Shown piece by piece: positions 34,621 through 48,000 of a stretch of DNA of 64,000 nt (position 1 is the stretch's first letter; every line of letters begins with the position of its first letter). Origin of the DNA: Thalia democratica (Eukaryota); the NCBI GenBank assembly GCA_965202585.1, contig OZ241829.1:23808001-23872000 (forward strand), given 5' to 3'. The notes beneath the pieces are model-generated. The model saw only the letters and a program-made list of their open reading frames with translations, had not been told where the DNA came from and searched no databases. A program made the position numbers and the translations under genes.

Positions 34621-35721
34621 TTCGTTAAGTTAATTTAGTTCAATTTCAAAAATGTAGTTTGAATACTTATTTCAACCACTAAAAAAAATTAAGTTACTAT
34701 TTTACAAATAAATATAAATTAGTTTTACCCTACTTCATCTTTTGAAATAAAAATGTTTAGTTTCTATCATTATGCGGTGCCTAACTTACTTTATTTAGGT
34801 AACCTTAAAATATACAACTATTATTATTAATTCTATTCTTATGAAGCATAATTTAAGCTTAAAGAGATATATCAGAAAAAAAAAATATTACAAGTATTAA
34901 ATAAAAGGTTGGTATTATATACTGTAAGCTAAATTAAGTGAACGTAGTCTACCGCGGACCGTTTACTGTTTTAATAAAAATAGAAATTGTTTTAAAAAAC
35001 AATCAAGTACTACTGAAATAATTTAAAAGCCAATTAGCTTCTACCACTTTTATTTACTTTATTTTTTATTACCTATTACTTTTATTATCTACCACTACCT
35101 AAATACTTTATTTATTTAGGTTGTTTCAATTAGAAAATGAGTCCAAGGCCTCGTATTTACGTTTGCTTTAGGAGTATAAATACAATAAAGGAGTGCCTCA
35201 TCGAGTAATTTTTAAATGTTTAGTATTAACTAGTTTTAAATATGAAATAATTAAAAACTATTTAGCCACAGTAAAGCTGTTTTGTTCGCAAGTGTATCTT
35301 ACAGCATAAAACAACTAAAATATCTGAAACAATAACGTGAAATAAAGTTTTATTTTCACTGTACAGCAGAAAAACATGCATATAGATTTTACTTTTAGAT
35401 TTTAAACAAATGCAATAAATAACCTTATAAAATATTTCAGACTACACTAAAATATACTACAGTGTTACGATGACTTATTAGGTAGTTTAAAGATAAAAAA
35501 ATGTTTTACTACAGCATTTTAATGATATATATCTAACAAGGTTTAAACTAAACTTTAAAAACTAAAAAAAAATACACAGCTATAAAATCTAAATGAAATA
35601 AGTACAAAGTTTTATTAAAACGAACAAAAATATAATAACTTAAAAACAGGAACTCATAAAATAAATACAAAACAACAACACCTACAAGCGCTGCTCTACT
35701 TCGCACAGCTCAAATTTCATT

Positions 35722-36058
35722 TTAATCTTCGGGCAGTTTTATCTCGCAAAGACCCAACTTGTCGCCTGAGTAAAAAGATGAGCAAGTTCCAACCGGAACA
35801 TCGGCGCAGCAGTTGGTGTCGTCCATACCCAGTGGGCTCTTCCAACCAACATATACACAGTCCTGGTCAATTTCGGTGTTCCCATTAACACGGCCGTTAT
35901 TGGGTTCAGGCGGTATCCACGAGAACAAGTTTCCAGCCTTTCTAGTGTTGAAAACCTCATCTGTAGCTGAAGATCCCGGTTTTCGCCACTCACCCTCAAC
36001 TACTTCGTCGGTCAGGCCGATCCACGCTGGATTGTCCTCGATCAAATCCCTGATTTCT
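35722..36058 (-). CDS. Copy B last exon, terminal C-type lectin (EPN), 54 nt longer than in copy A
   Basis: AWIGLTD...WIPPEPNNGRVNGNTEIDQDCV...MDDTNCC...GTC...LCE, TAA. Confidence 0.9.
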
Positions 36059-39000
36059 CTGTTTATTTTTTACTTTGAGATTTACGCGTTAATACAGTTA
36101 AAACAAATCCGCTGTGATTTTTTTCAGTAAAGGAGATCAAGTAAAAATTAAGCATGTCAGTTGGATTTAATTTTATATGCTAAGTTGTGTACGTCCGATT
36201 TTACTCAAACAATTTTTGTTGCTGTTATTTTGCTAATTATATCAAAACTTAAGTTGTTTATTATATTCTTATTATGCGTTAGTGGTACACACATAATTGA
36301 TCGAGATTTTTTAAGCTGGTAAAAAAAGAAATATTTTTTACCGTAAAAAAGTATTTTCACACTAATTCAAGTCATAATCAAGTTGTCAAACAAAATGCTG
36401 TTTTGTTTTATAGACATATATACATATATATATATATATTTATTTATTTAAAATACAACTTACGGATGATATATTTTCCCGCGTAGTCCCAAGTTTTCAA
36501 ATATTAGGTCTCCACCCATTTCTATACATTGCTCCCGAGTCTGGTTAAACGTACCCGTTGTATTCGTTAATCTGAACTCGTATTCCCCTGTGAGTTGTTT
36601 GTTAGTTAAAAATAACTCAATAAGAAACCAACTTATTAAGCATTTTGGTCAAGGTACAATTTTAGTAACGAAGGTTTTGATTTATAGAACTTAAGCTTTT
36701 ATTCGGTCGTTATATTTATGTGGTTTATTTCGTAGTTATGCTTTTTATGTTGGTGAAACTAAAAACCTTAACTTAATTAATGATTTTTAACTTGAAATAT
36801 ACTCATCACTTAGTGATGTTTAGATGAATAAAGTACAAAAACTGGTAATTTGAATCATCGCAAGCGTATCTAGTCATGGTGTCGTCAGTAAAGTCTAGTT
36901 CTACGATTTTCACATTGAAATTGTCCGGAGTTGGTAGGGGAGGACAAACTTAATAAAATTGTTGTTTAAAAGCCAAAAGTTTTATCACAGTATTGAAACA
37001 TGCTTGTGTTTATCTATAGGCTATAGATTATACGAATTAAAAACGCTTAAAACTTTTACAAAAAACTCTAATAAAGCAATAGTTTTGGTTCAAATACTTT
37101 TTGTTTATTGTTTTTTGCTTACTTTTAACGCATTCTGCGTTTTCTGACCACCCATCTACAGTGCATGTAGTAGAGTTGCTTTCAGAAATACGTACAAATC
37201 CTTCATTACAAACGTAATTTAATTGGACGCCCCGTACAAGCTGATCTCCTAAATATCTCTCTTCGAAATTGTAAGATGCATTAGGTATTGCTGGACATCT
37301 TACATCTATTTTTTATCAATTGTTTTACATACAGAAACAAAAATTAATACAAACATCTCAAGCGTTAAAAAAACTCTACACATACAAAAAAGAAATTTAT
37401 TTTTTTAATGTAAATAACAAAATTAGTACTTTCATGACATTCCGGTGTTGGTATTTCACAGAGCACAGAGAACTCCAACGTAGAGGTTTGGTCGATAAAC
37501 TTTTGTTGTTTTGAGAGGCTTACGTAGTCTTCAGGAGGAGTAGCGTGGTTGGGCTCACCAGATGACCACGTATACTTCACATCTTCTTCTGTTATCGGCG
37601 TCTCACCGTAAACCTTGATTCTCGAATCTTTATTTGCCTCGTACGCTATTGAGTTGTCTGACACAAACTTGAAGACTCCTTCGGTTTCTGAGTCTCTTAT
37701 ACCGGTCCAGCACTCGCTGGTGAAATCTTCTAGGCTGTTTTCTATTTTACTGTGAAAAATTAGCGTCAATCTTTTTGAAATAGTATGCAATTAACCCGAA
37801 AGAGCAGTGCCGGAGTTATCGGAACTGCAACTTATACTACTGAGCAAATTTATTCGGGTCGCTACTTATTTTTAACTGAAAAAGTTCGTACTACACAAAT
37901 AACGAGAAAAAAACATTAAAATTACAAGTATGATATAAATTAAGTTGTGAGTAAAAGTTAATGCTAAATTCACGACTACATTGTTATATGGTAGACTGAG
38001 ACCGGTTTCGTCCTTATTAAAGCTCATCAGTCAGTCACAACCAAAAAGCTTGCAGTCATCAGACTGATGAGTCCTAATAAGGACGAAACCGGTCTCAGTC
38101 TACCGAAGGCTTGTGGTGTGATGATCGAATTGGTATGATCAAAGCTTATGTTAAACTTGAGCTTGTCTTACGGATTACGACAGTCCAGGCTTAGGCTCTG
38201 TAGACTTTCGCCGATGCTTTCGTTGTTCGAATTAACTTGTAACGTTGTATTCGAATTCAAATTCGAAAAAGTACAAAATAGTTATATATTTCAAAGAACG
38301 CTAAAATCAAAACATATGACGTAATTATAGATAGAATTTTTTTGTTTTTGAAAACAGGTTTTATGTTTGGAGAGTGACATGATAGGGCTTCAGAGAACTT
38401 AGTATAACATTTTGTTGACTGCTATTGAACTTGTAAATGCTGTAATTTTCTCCTGATTTGTTTACATTTCTAATTTGTTTAATAAAATTAGTTTCATAGT
38501 TGTTTATAATGTATTAGTGATTTAATTAGTATGTTAGTGGTAGTTTAAGTTTTCTGTATTTATATATAATTATTTAGAATTATTAGATTCTATTAAAAAT
38601 TTATATTATTATTATTTGTTATTGTTATTGATATCCATTAATAATATTCATATTCTAATATTTGATATTCTAATATTGTCTAATACTCTAATATTGTTAT
38701 CTTGTAAGAGTATATTAAGATGATCTCAAGTGACCCAAAGGCAGTATCTGTTCCATCGGGGCTACCGGGCCCCCCGAGCGGACAAACTAAATCAATAAAG
38801 TAACTTACAATTTTTAATTAATTTAAAAGGTAAAATAGAAAAACAGCAATTTAATGTTGGTATATACTTTTTGAAAATTTATTTGTTTTATATTATTTAT
38901 TCGACAGTTTTACGTCGGAGAACACATTTTCGACTGAAATTAAAAATAACAAATCTAGGTAAAATAATTATCAATAAAATTCGATAGGTACCCAAAAAAG

Positions 39001-42000
39001 TAAATACAAAAATAACCTAATTAGGAAAACTTTATCTTAATTAACTATTCCTGATGTTTTATTAAATTTTAATAATTATATTTTCTATACAGCACCTCTC
39101 CCTGAAAACTAACTTTTTTTTATTAACTGTGTTTGTATTTTACAACCTGAGGTAGGGAAGTTTTCAAAGTATACAATAAATTTGATAAAAGAGATCCAAA
39201 CTAAACAAGCTCGTTCAAATGTTACAATAATTTCGTACTTGGTTCAAAAAATCAATTACTTTTTACAACTGAGCAATTAACTGGGTTTATCAAAGTTTTT
39301 AGTGCAGCTCATATAAATATTTACCTGTTTTAAAATATTATGCTATTTTATATACTAAGCTTAGATACAAGTTTCCTTTATTACCAAGTTTTAATGCAAA
39401 AGTGACCAAAGTTTAACAACAATTTGCTTTAAAAATTATACATTTGCTTATTTTATAAAAATTGTGTGTTTATGTATACTGTTTAAGTTGCTAAATTTTT
39501 GATGCTTAGGTCCAACGTTGAAAAAAAACAAGCATTTTTATTTAAAAAATTTGAATTTCTTTTAAGCAACTTACTCGTGATAGTTTTTCCACCTCAGCTT
39601 CATACTTTGCTCTAGCAAACGTCCACTATGATTTTCACAATAGCTTTTAGCGTTTCCAAAGACTTCAAATGTACCAGACGTGATGAACTCAAAGCAATCT
39701 GAAAGTAAACAGTAGTTACAGCTTTGAAATTGAGTTAATACAATTTTTACAATTTTATTAAATTGTTTTAAGTCTAAGGCTTATAGAAATAAATATATAT
39801 GCATCTTTAGTTTCTCCCCAAAATATCTTATTTTATCAATTTTTTAAATAAACGATAAAAAAAATGTCAGAAATATCTGATTAAACTACTTATTAAACAT
39901 AACATTTAAACACCTTTTTTAAGTTATGGAAAATAAATTGAACATTTTGAAGTAGAAGTACTTTTTAAAGGTTTTTGCTTTGGCGGTTTAATATAAATTA
40001 TTCAATACATCATTATTCAATCTTTCCTAAAACTCTTCAAATGGTCTCGCGCCAACTACCATTGTAAACTGAATTTTAAAATTTGTTTTGAAGCCTTATA
40101 TGCGCTAGGGTCTTGGCTTTCTACCTATTAACTTTAAATAAAAAATTAAAAAAATCTTCGATATGTCAAGTCATTGGCCAACTTAAAACGCAGCAGTTTA
40201 TCAGCAATAATGATTAAATAAAATAAACCGAAAGTTAATTTTTAACCAGCACCTTATAAAGGATCTAGGATTCCGCAAAATGTCTTTAAATAGTCAATTA
40301 CTATTTTTTTTAAATCTTTTTTGTTTTAATTACTATTTACTTAGTGTTCGATTAGTATTCATAATTCATTAATTGTTACTTAAGCTTACCCATATTTTTG
40401 TTTGATTAAATAGTTTTGTATGTATTTATTTAGTTTGATTTGAAAATAAAATTAGTTCTATTTTTAAAGCAGTGCTTACTAAATTAAATACATGAAAAAG
40501 GTAATTTTGATTGCAATTGAATGGTATCTAAAAAAGTTTAAACGTCTTTCAACACATACAATATCTCAATTGTTTGCATTTTTGATAACGAAATTATATG
40601 GTTGTAACTACTTTTAATGATAAAAATTCCACATTGAAAACCATCATACTTAGTTATTTCGAACCTAATTTACTAATTTTAAACTTTCAGTGCTACGATA
40701 TCAGTAAATAGAAAATCATCATACTAAAATTCAATTGTTATCACCTACCTTAGTAAAAAAATGTCATAATAATCTAAAAACTAATTTTATAGATCAAAAA
40801 TTTACATAAAGACATAAAAAACAATTAATTAATCTAGAATGCGAGTTCCTCTATTAAATAATTTTATTGTTAAAAGTAGTATTTCAATAAGCTAATTATA
40901 TAACTTATAACTAATTGAACTGTATAAATCTACAAAAAAAATAAATAAAAGTTTAAGATAAGTCTTAACTGAAATATATTATTTTTGAATTCTGAATAGG
41001 ATAAATCTAAAAATTTAGAGGTAGATAAAACTAAGCTAGTACTTATAACTATCATTTATTCCCTTTTGCACAAAACAAAAAATTTATGAGTTGAGTACTT
41101 TTATTAAAAATGGTATAACTTTAATAATTGACTACAATTAAAAGGCAATCAAATCACAGAACTAAAAAAACTTTTATATTGCGAACAAAATATCAAAACT
41201 TGAAAACTAAATTTTATCGTTAGAGGAGTAGTAACCGTGCAGACGCTGAAAACTAAAAAGAAGAAAAAGCAACTAACTGTTAAGACACTGGAGTACATTT
41301 TTATTGTTCCACGTACCATCTTCCTGACACTTATAAACAAAGTCACCCAAATACAGCTTGTCGTAATTACTTTTGCACACGTACTCAATTTGCAGTGCCT
41401 CGTTGTAACTCGCTTCCGTTTTCGTTACCATTTCAATGTTGTAAATCTCGAGCTTATCATCAGGTATTGCAGCCGGGCAGTCTGCAATATAACAGTGCAT
41501 AGTAAAGTGACTTTTCAGAAACAACACTTCTAAATGTTCATTCAGATTTCTCGCGTTTCGTAAAAAGTTAAAAGCTTAAATTGATACAAGCAACATCCTT
41601 TTAGTTTGTTGCGAAAAATGCATATAAAATAACTTTCAAAGTGTGTTTTATAAACATTTGTATACTGATTTTGGATCAAGTAGATTAGGTAAGGGAATAA
41701 GCAGGGCTTTTAATTTTATAGAATATACTTCTTCAAAGCAAGTTAACTGTTTGTTAGTTTCAACAAATAATCTAAAGAAAAACTTTTATTTGTGAAAATG
41801 ATTTTTCAAAATAGCTTTACTTTTAACTTTGGTCATATGACTTTTTAAAACAAAAACAGAATATTTTAAAGTTTATAAAAGTTTTCAAAATCAAGCAAAT
41901 TGCATAGATATTTTACTTTGATTTTATTAAAACGACAAAAAATCTGTAATATTTTTACTTTTGTTTTAAAAAGAATAATAAAATTTTCAACGAACTAATT

Positions 42001-45000
42001 GATAAATTTAAAAATAACATTTAAAACTAAGCATTCAGCACAAAAAACCGAAGCTTTTTCAAACTAATTTACCTGTTTGCAAACTTGACGAAATACTCTT
42101 AATTTAATACAACTTGTTATATCGCTAGTAAACTTTAAAGGAACGCACAATTTAAAAGTATTGCCTGATAGAATTAAACAGTTGTAATAAGTACTACCTC
42201 TACACAACATACTACAGAGCATGATTAATAGAAAAAAATGTTACATCACCTTTTCTACATTTTCCTCCTACACCAACCCATGTTGCGTTCTTGCTACAAG
42301 TAAGTTGGAACGATTCTGCGCTGCTCCCGTCATCTAAAAAGAGCGAAAAACCAACTTCGCACGTGAAATTTGCTACGCGATGATAAGGAGCATGGTCGGT
42401 CAGTGATAATTGTGTGTTATTAAATGATGGAACGTCAGGACAATCTGTAATGAATGACTCATACGGTCTTGGTTTGTATTAGTTAGTCAACTAGTTGAGG
42501 AAACTATAACAACATACGTCTTCCTTTAATAATTTAAGTGATAATTTATTAATTTAAAAATCGGCAACAAATGGGAAATTTAGAAAAAAAAACTATTATT
42601 TCAAAATCAAGTCCAAACATTGGCATCAAGTTAAGTGTAATATATATCGGGTAATTGACACACACATGAGTGCACTAAATAAGTTTCTAAATAAACTTAC
42701 AAATATATATATATAATATACATAAAAACAAATTGTACAGTAATCTTCCTTTATTGTACCAACATATGTTTCTGTGTGTCAACGAATCAACACACTTCAA
42801 CCAAGTTCTGTAAAAAAATAATTACTGTAATGAAAGAATAGAAGCATAGAATAAAGTGGGTGTATACATGTTTTTATTAGAATAAAATAATTACTACAGA
42901 TAATAGTTAATAATAGGTAAAATACTTAATATTAAATCCGACTGTTATAAAACTATATAATATTTGTAATTATTAAGTCTAAAACACCTAAAGTAAACTA
43001 AAATACACAACAAAACAACAAATCATAATATAAACAAAGCACTCACGTTAATGGAAAGAATAACTGATTCAAAATTACTGTTGTCAATGAATGAACGAAA
43101 TACATTCATTACATCTAATAATTACGTCACAATATAAATGAGGTTATTTCAACTGTTTAATTTGTATTGAAAGTTTGTTAATTTATTTTTTATGTTTGTA
43201 ATCTATTTTGGACAAAAATAAAACATCAACCATTAGTTAGTGAATCAATAAAATTTAATAAAACATAACAACGGCGAAGACAATAAAAGTCACAGAAACT
43301 CGATGTAACATGTATATTATATATTAAATGCTTGTAAAGAATAAATCAAAGTTATATACAATTAAAAAGCAGATTTAGTTCAAATGTAAAAATCAAAAAT
43401 TTAAAAAATTAGAGTTTTAGAAATCAAAACACAAAAAAAATCAAACTTGTTATTGAGCTTACAAAGTACTGACCGATAAATAAGTTGCAGCGACATACAT
43501 AAAATCACAATGACTTAAATTACATATATATTGTGTTTTATAATTATAAGAATATAAAAAAATTAAAAAATATGATTGATTGATAAAGTAGCGGTCGGGT
43601 GTTTAAATTAAATATCCCATATAGATATTATAAATATTTATAAGTAAACTGTGTTATATATGAAAGTTAAAATGTAAAATAACAAAGTGGTCATATGCTA
43701 GGTATAAAAACTGCAGTAAAAAACTTACTAGCTCAATTTTTTTTTACTGCAGGTTTATACTTAGCAAATCATTTAAATATCTGTTAAAACTATTTTAATA
43801 GAAATTAATTCAGTAAAAAATGAACAACGTTTACGCAGTTATTTTTGACAACACAAAAAAACTTATCAAAAATAAGAATGATTCTAGTAAAGTTTTCCAA
43901 CATTTTTTTAATTTGAACGCTTTATTTAAGTATTTAAAACAAATTAAGTTATCTGGATTGATAAAGAAACTGTTTATACTAAACAACTTAGTTAAATTTA
44001 AATGTTGGCAAGGGTCTATAAGTAAAGTCAATTTTTGGCACTGATGTTGAAGTTACAAAAAAACTAAAAAAATCTTCATAATTTATTCTTTGGGTCAAAT
44101 GCGTAAATAAGTGAAGTCACCGTTTATAATTAATAAACATTCTCTATATAAGCTTTTAATAAGGATATTTTCACAACTATTTATTTTTATATACAATAAA
44201 TCAATTAAATTATAGTTTTCTTTAATTACTATTTGATACTAACAAATCTCTTATGAAAGTTTCTCATGGAGAAATCAAATGCTCAATAACTAAACATCTT
44301 CTTAAAAGTTGTATTTCCAAATTTTTAAGTGTGTTTTATATTTATACAAAAATTAACACTTACTTCATTGAAAGCTTAGAGTATATACTGTAAGATACTT
44401 TTTCTAGAACAAAAAACAATTAACCTTTGTGTTATAACCAATTTTGTAAAAACAAATCCGATACAACAGAATGAAAAAAAAAAAACATAATAGAATTTCT
44501 TAAAATTTTAAAAAAACTCACTACAAATCTATCTCCACTTAAACTTTTAAAGCTACTTACTTTTAAATTTCAGGAAATGCACTTTTCAATATAAGTAACA
44601 AACTGCAGAAAGTTGATTTTTAAAAATTACAAGCAGAAAGTATTATGACAAAATAATTTTCAAAAATTGGTGACTCAAATAAATTTTGTTACTTTCTAGT
44701 GTATTAAAATGATTAAATTAATTTTAATATAATTCTATCAACAATTAAGTAATTAAATATGTGGTGAAAACAGATTTGGCAAAGGAATCTTCTCAAGTCA
44801 AAGATTCTATAATTCATGCAGTAAATAAGTTTCACCATTTAGCGGATTGTCAAACTGCGATTCTTGTTCAAATAAATTCTATAACGATACAAAATAGGCT
44901 GAACTTATTTTGGCAGTTTTGGTCTTTGTGTCATTACTAATTATGTTTTAATTATTAAGCATTTAAAAATGTTTACACTTCTTAGAAATTCCTAATTACA

Positions 45001-48000
45001 ACTTAATGCAACTGATAATTATTCTTGAATTTTTTCTTGCTTTTTTTGCTTATACATTAGTTGTATAGCTTCTAAAACAGAAAGTAAAAAAGAAAATAAC
45101 TTAAAAAATGTATAAAATTTTTAACAATAATATGGTATAGCTTTTTGAGTACACTATTACACTATTTTACTAAAAAAATATTTAATATTTTATTTGACTT
45201 AAAGAGGTCGCAATTTTTCTGTCACCGAAACCTGGTCGTAAATTAAATATTTAATTTGCACACCTCTTTTTAAATAAGCTCTTTACATTCCAGTAAACTG
45301 AGCAATCTTTTTTAATTAAGACAAATAACTATATACAAAATGTTTTAGTAAACAACAAAAACTTTCAAGACAGGCAGCTTCGTGTTCCCATCCCATCAAA
45401 GTGCAAACAATTTGGTTATTTGAGGGGACTGGAGTTGCATTTTTGTTGCAAGTGAAGGTCAAACTTTCGCCGTAATTGTATATTTCATCCGTTTCTAAAT
45501 TAGTATAAGCTCCGTTCTTCAGTTCTGACGAAGGTTTGCTACAAGCTGTTAGGAAAAACGCAAAAAAAATATTTTAATTACAAATTCGGGAGAAAACGTG
45601 TTAAAAAACAAAGTTAATGTATCAATGTTACAGAAGCTTTGACAAAATTTGACAATGATTTCAATCAATAACAAAGAAAACTTGCTTTCTTTTTCAAATA
45701 CGAAATTGCAAGTGCTAGTTCGAAACGAGCGCTTGGTCTGTTAAGCAGAAATTGATAACAAAAAAACTAACAATCGAAATTGAACGTCTTATCAATCACA
45801 ACCGAATCGTCTGTGCTCGTTTTGCATTCGGCCCAGCTGGGAACGGAAGCGTGCTCTGGAAACCTGCCAGTTAAAACTGCCCAAGAAGTGTTGTCAGCTG
45901 TTGAAAAAATAATAATGAAAACAAACATCTCGTTTTTAATTAAATCAATTAACTATAGATCAGTTATATTTTGACTTTTAAAAGCACATTTGTGACTTTT
46001 CAGTAAGCTCTCTACAACCAGTAACATAATTAATAGTTTAATGAAAAAAAAACAATTTCTATAAAAAAAACTTAAAAACTAAAAACCATGACTGATGTAT
46101 GGCTAAACTGTTTGATACAATCAACATTTAAAACTTGAATAAGTATGTGAGCAAGTTATTTTAATATGTCTGGTATAAACACAATAATCGAATAATTTGT
46201 TTATTTTAAGCGGTTATCATGGAAAAATATTATTAAACTAAATAAATAATTTACATTCATTGTAATTTAAATTTTAACCGCTTTAAAGCAAAATATTAAA
46301 GTGATCGAAACCCCAACTAATTCAAATGATAACTGTAAGGAAGAACACATATTTATATCGATAAAATTGGTATTATAGAACATGTGAAACCTGCATAAGA
46401 TTCATCAATACATCCTGCAAATGAACCGAGTCCAATTTTTCTTAGTGTTGTTTTGACTTTGGATTCGTCACTTGCAGTATAAAGTTTTGAAACCCCTCTG
46501 ACTACCATAACTATGACGTCACCAATAGTTGAAGTTTCTTCGATGAAATTTGCCATCACATCAAACTGAAAATTGCATTATATTATCAAATTTAAGTTGT
46601 ATTAAGTAATTAGCGAACAAACTACGAGCACATTTTAAATATCAAAATAAATCTATTTTATAACACAATTTTAAATTTGTTTATCGAACCACAAACCAAA
46701 CCCGATGAAAAATAATGAATAAATAAAATAAAAGGTTTGTGCTTTCTTAATTTAAAAAAAAACATCAAACAACGTTTACACTAACCTGGCTATATTCATT
46801 AGTGTCAATCTTTTGATATTCATATTCACCAGTCAAAGGGTTTATGATTGCAACTCCGGTACCTCTCCCGCCACTGGCTATATTATCAGATTCTTGCCAC
46901 TTGATTATTGCATTCGTTACTCCATTTCTGAAGGCCGCCGATAACGCATAAACGGTAAAACTTTCTGCAAAAAAAAATACACTGAGGTGTACATCAAAAG
47001 TACACGGAACGTCACTTTTGAACTAGTGACTCTTTTGAACAGGGTATATTTTAAAATGAGGCTTAAAAGATATATTCTCAAAAGTCAATGGTTATAGACA
47101 AATTATAAGGTGTAACCCGAGGTGGACGTGAGGTCTAAATCATCGAGCAACAGGGGGTTGTAGTTGAAGCTGGTTCTAAGTAACAAACATAACACTATAA
47201 AGTATATCTGCTTCAAAACAAGTCAAACGATTTTAAATGATACATAGATATAGATTTGGTACAGAACCACACAAAATAGCTTTAAAGTTTTATAGGAAAA
47301 AAAATAAATTACATTATTTAATCGAAAAAAACAAACATAGAATTAACAAATCTGCCATTCAAATATACTTTTAAGCTTCGCGATAAACAAAACAACTTTT
47401 AAATATCAGGAACTCTTCCAATATACTAAACTTTTATTTGATTTATTTCTACCTGAGCAAGCGATTTTGGATGGTATATTTGTAATTTTCAAGTTTTGTT
47501 AAGTTTAAATGATGTCCACTTCGTTTTTAAAAAGCGTAAGGGGTTATTCTTATTTTAATGCAACATTTTAAAATGTTTTAAAGACATTTAGAGGGCAGCC
47601 ACTGGTTTTTGGAAAAAATTTCTCCAGAATTTCAAAATTTCTTCTAGGTTTTTAAAATTAGTTTTGGGTCTATTTCTAGTATAAAATTAAATTTAAGGTA
47701 AAAAGCTGAGTTAAATGAAGTAACAACACTGAAAAAATACTGCAAAGCTACTTTAAATCTGTTTTTTGATAATAATAATTATAAAATTGATGCTGACAGA
47801 AAATGTTATCTATATGATAGATTTTTCGTTTCGTTTCGAAATCTCATTACTTGGCATGTAAAAATAGTTTAAAATTCTAGATTCTTTAATTTTTCTATTG
47901 ATTTTGTTAAAAAACTCAAGTTTTTTCAAATTTTTATTGAAAATTTCTCAAATTCCAGGTTTTTTACCCGAAATTGTCAAATTCCAGGTTTAGTGGCTAC

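Noticed and set aside
47090-47180. Possible extra exons of copy B at about 47090-47180, 49530-49590 and 61283-61320
   Set aside because: Early in-frame stops or no usable splice pair; the gene model closes in phase without them.
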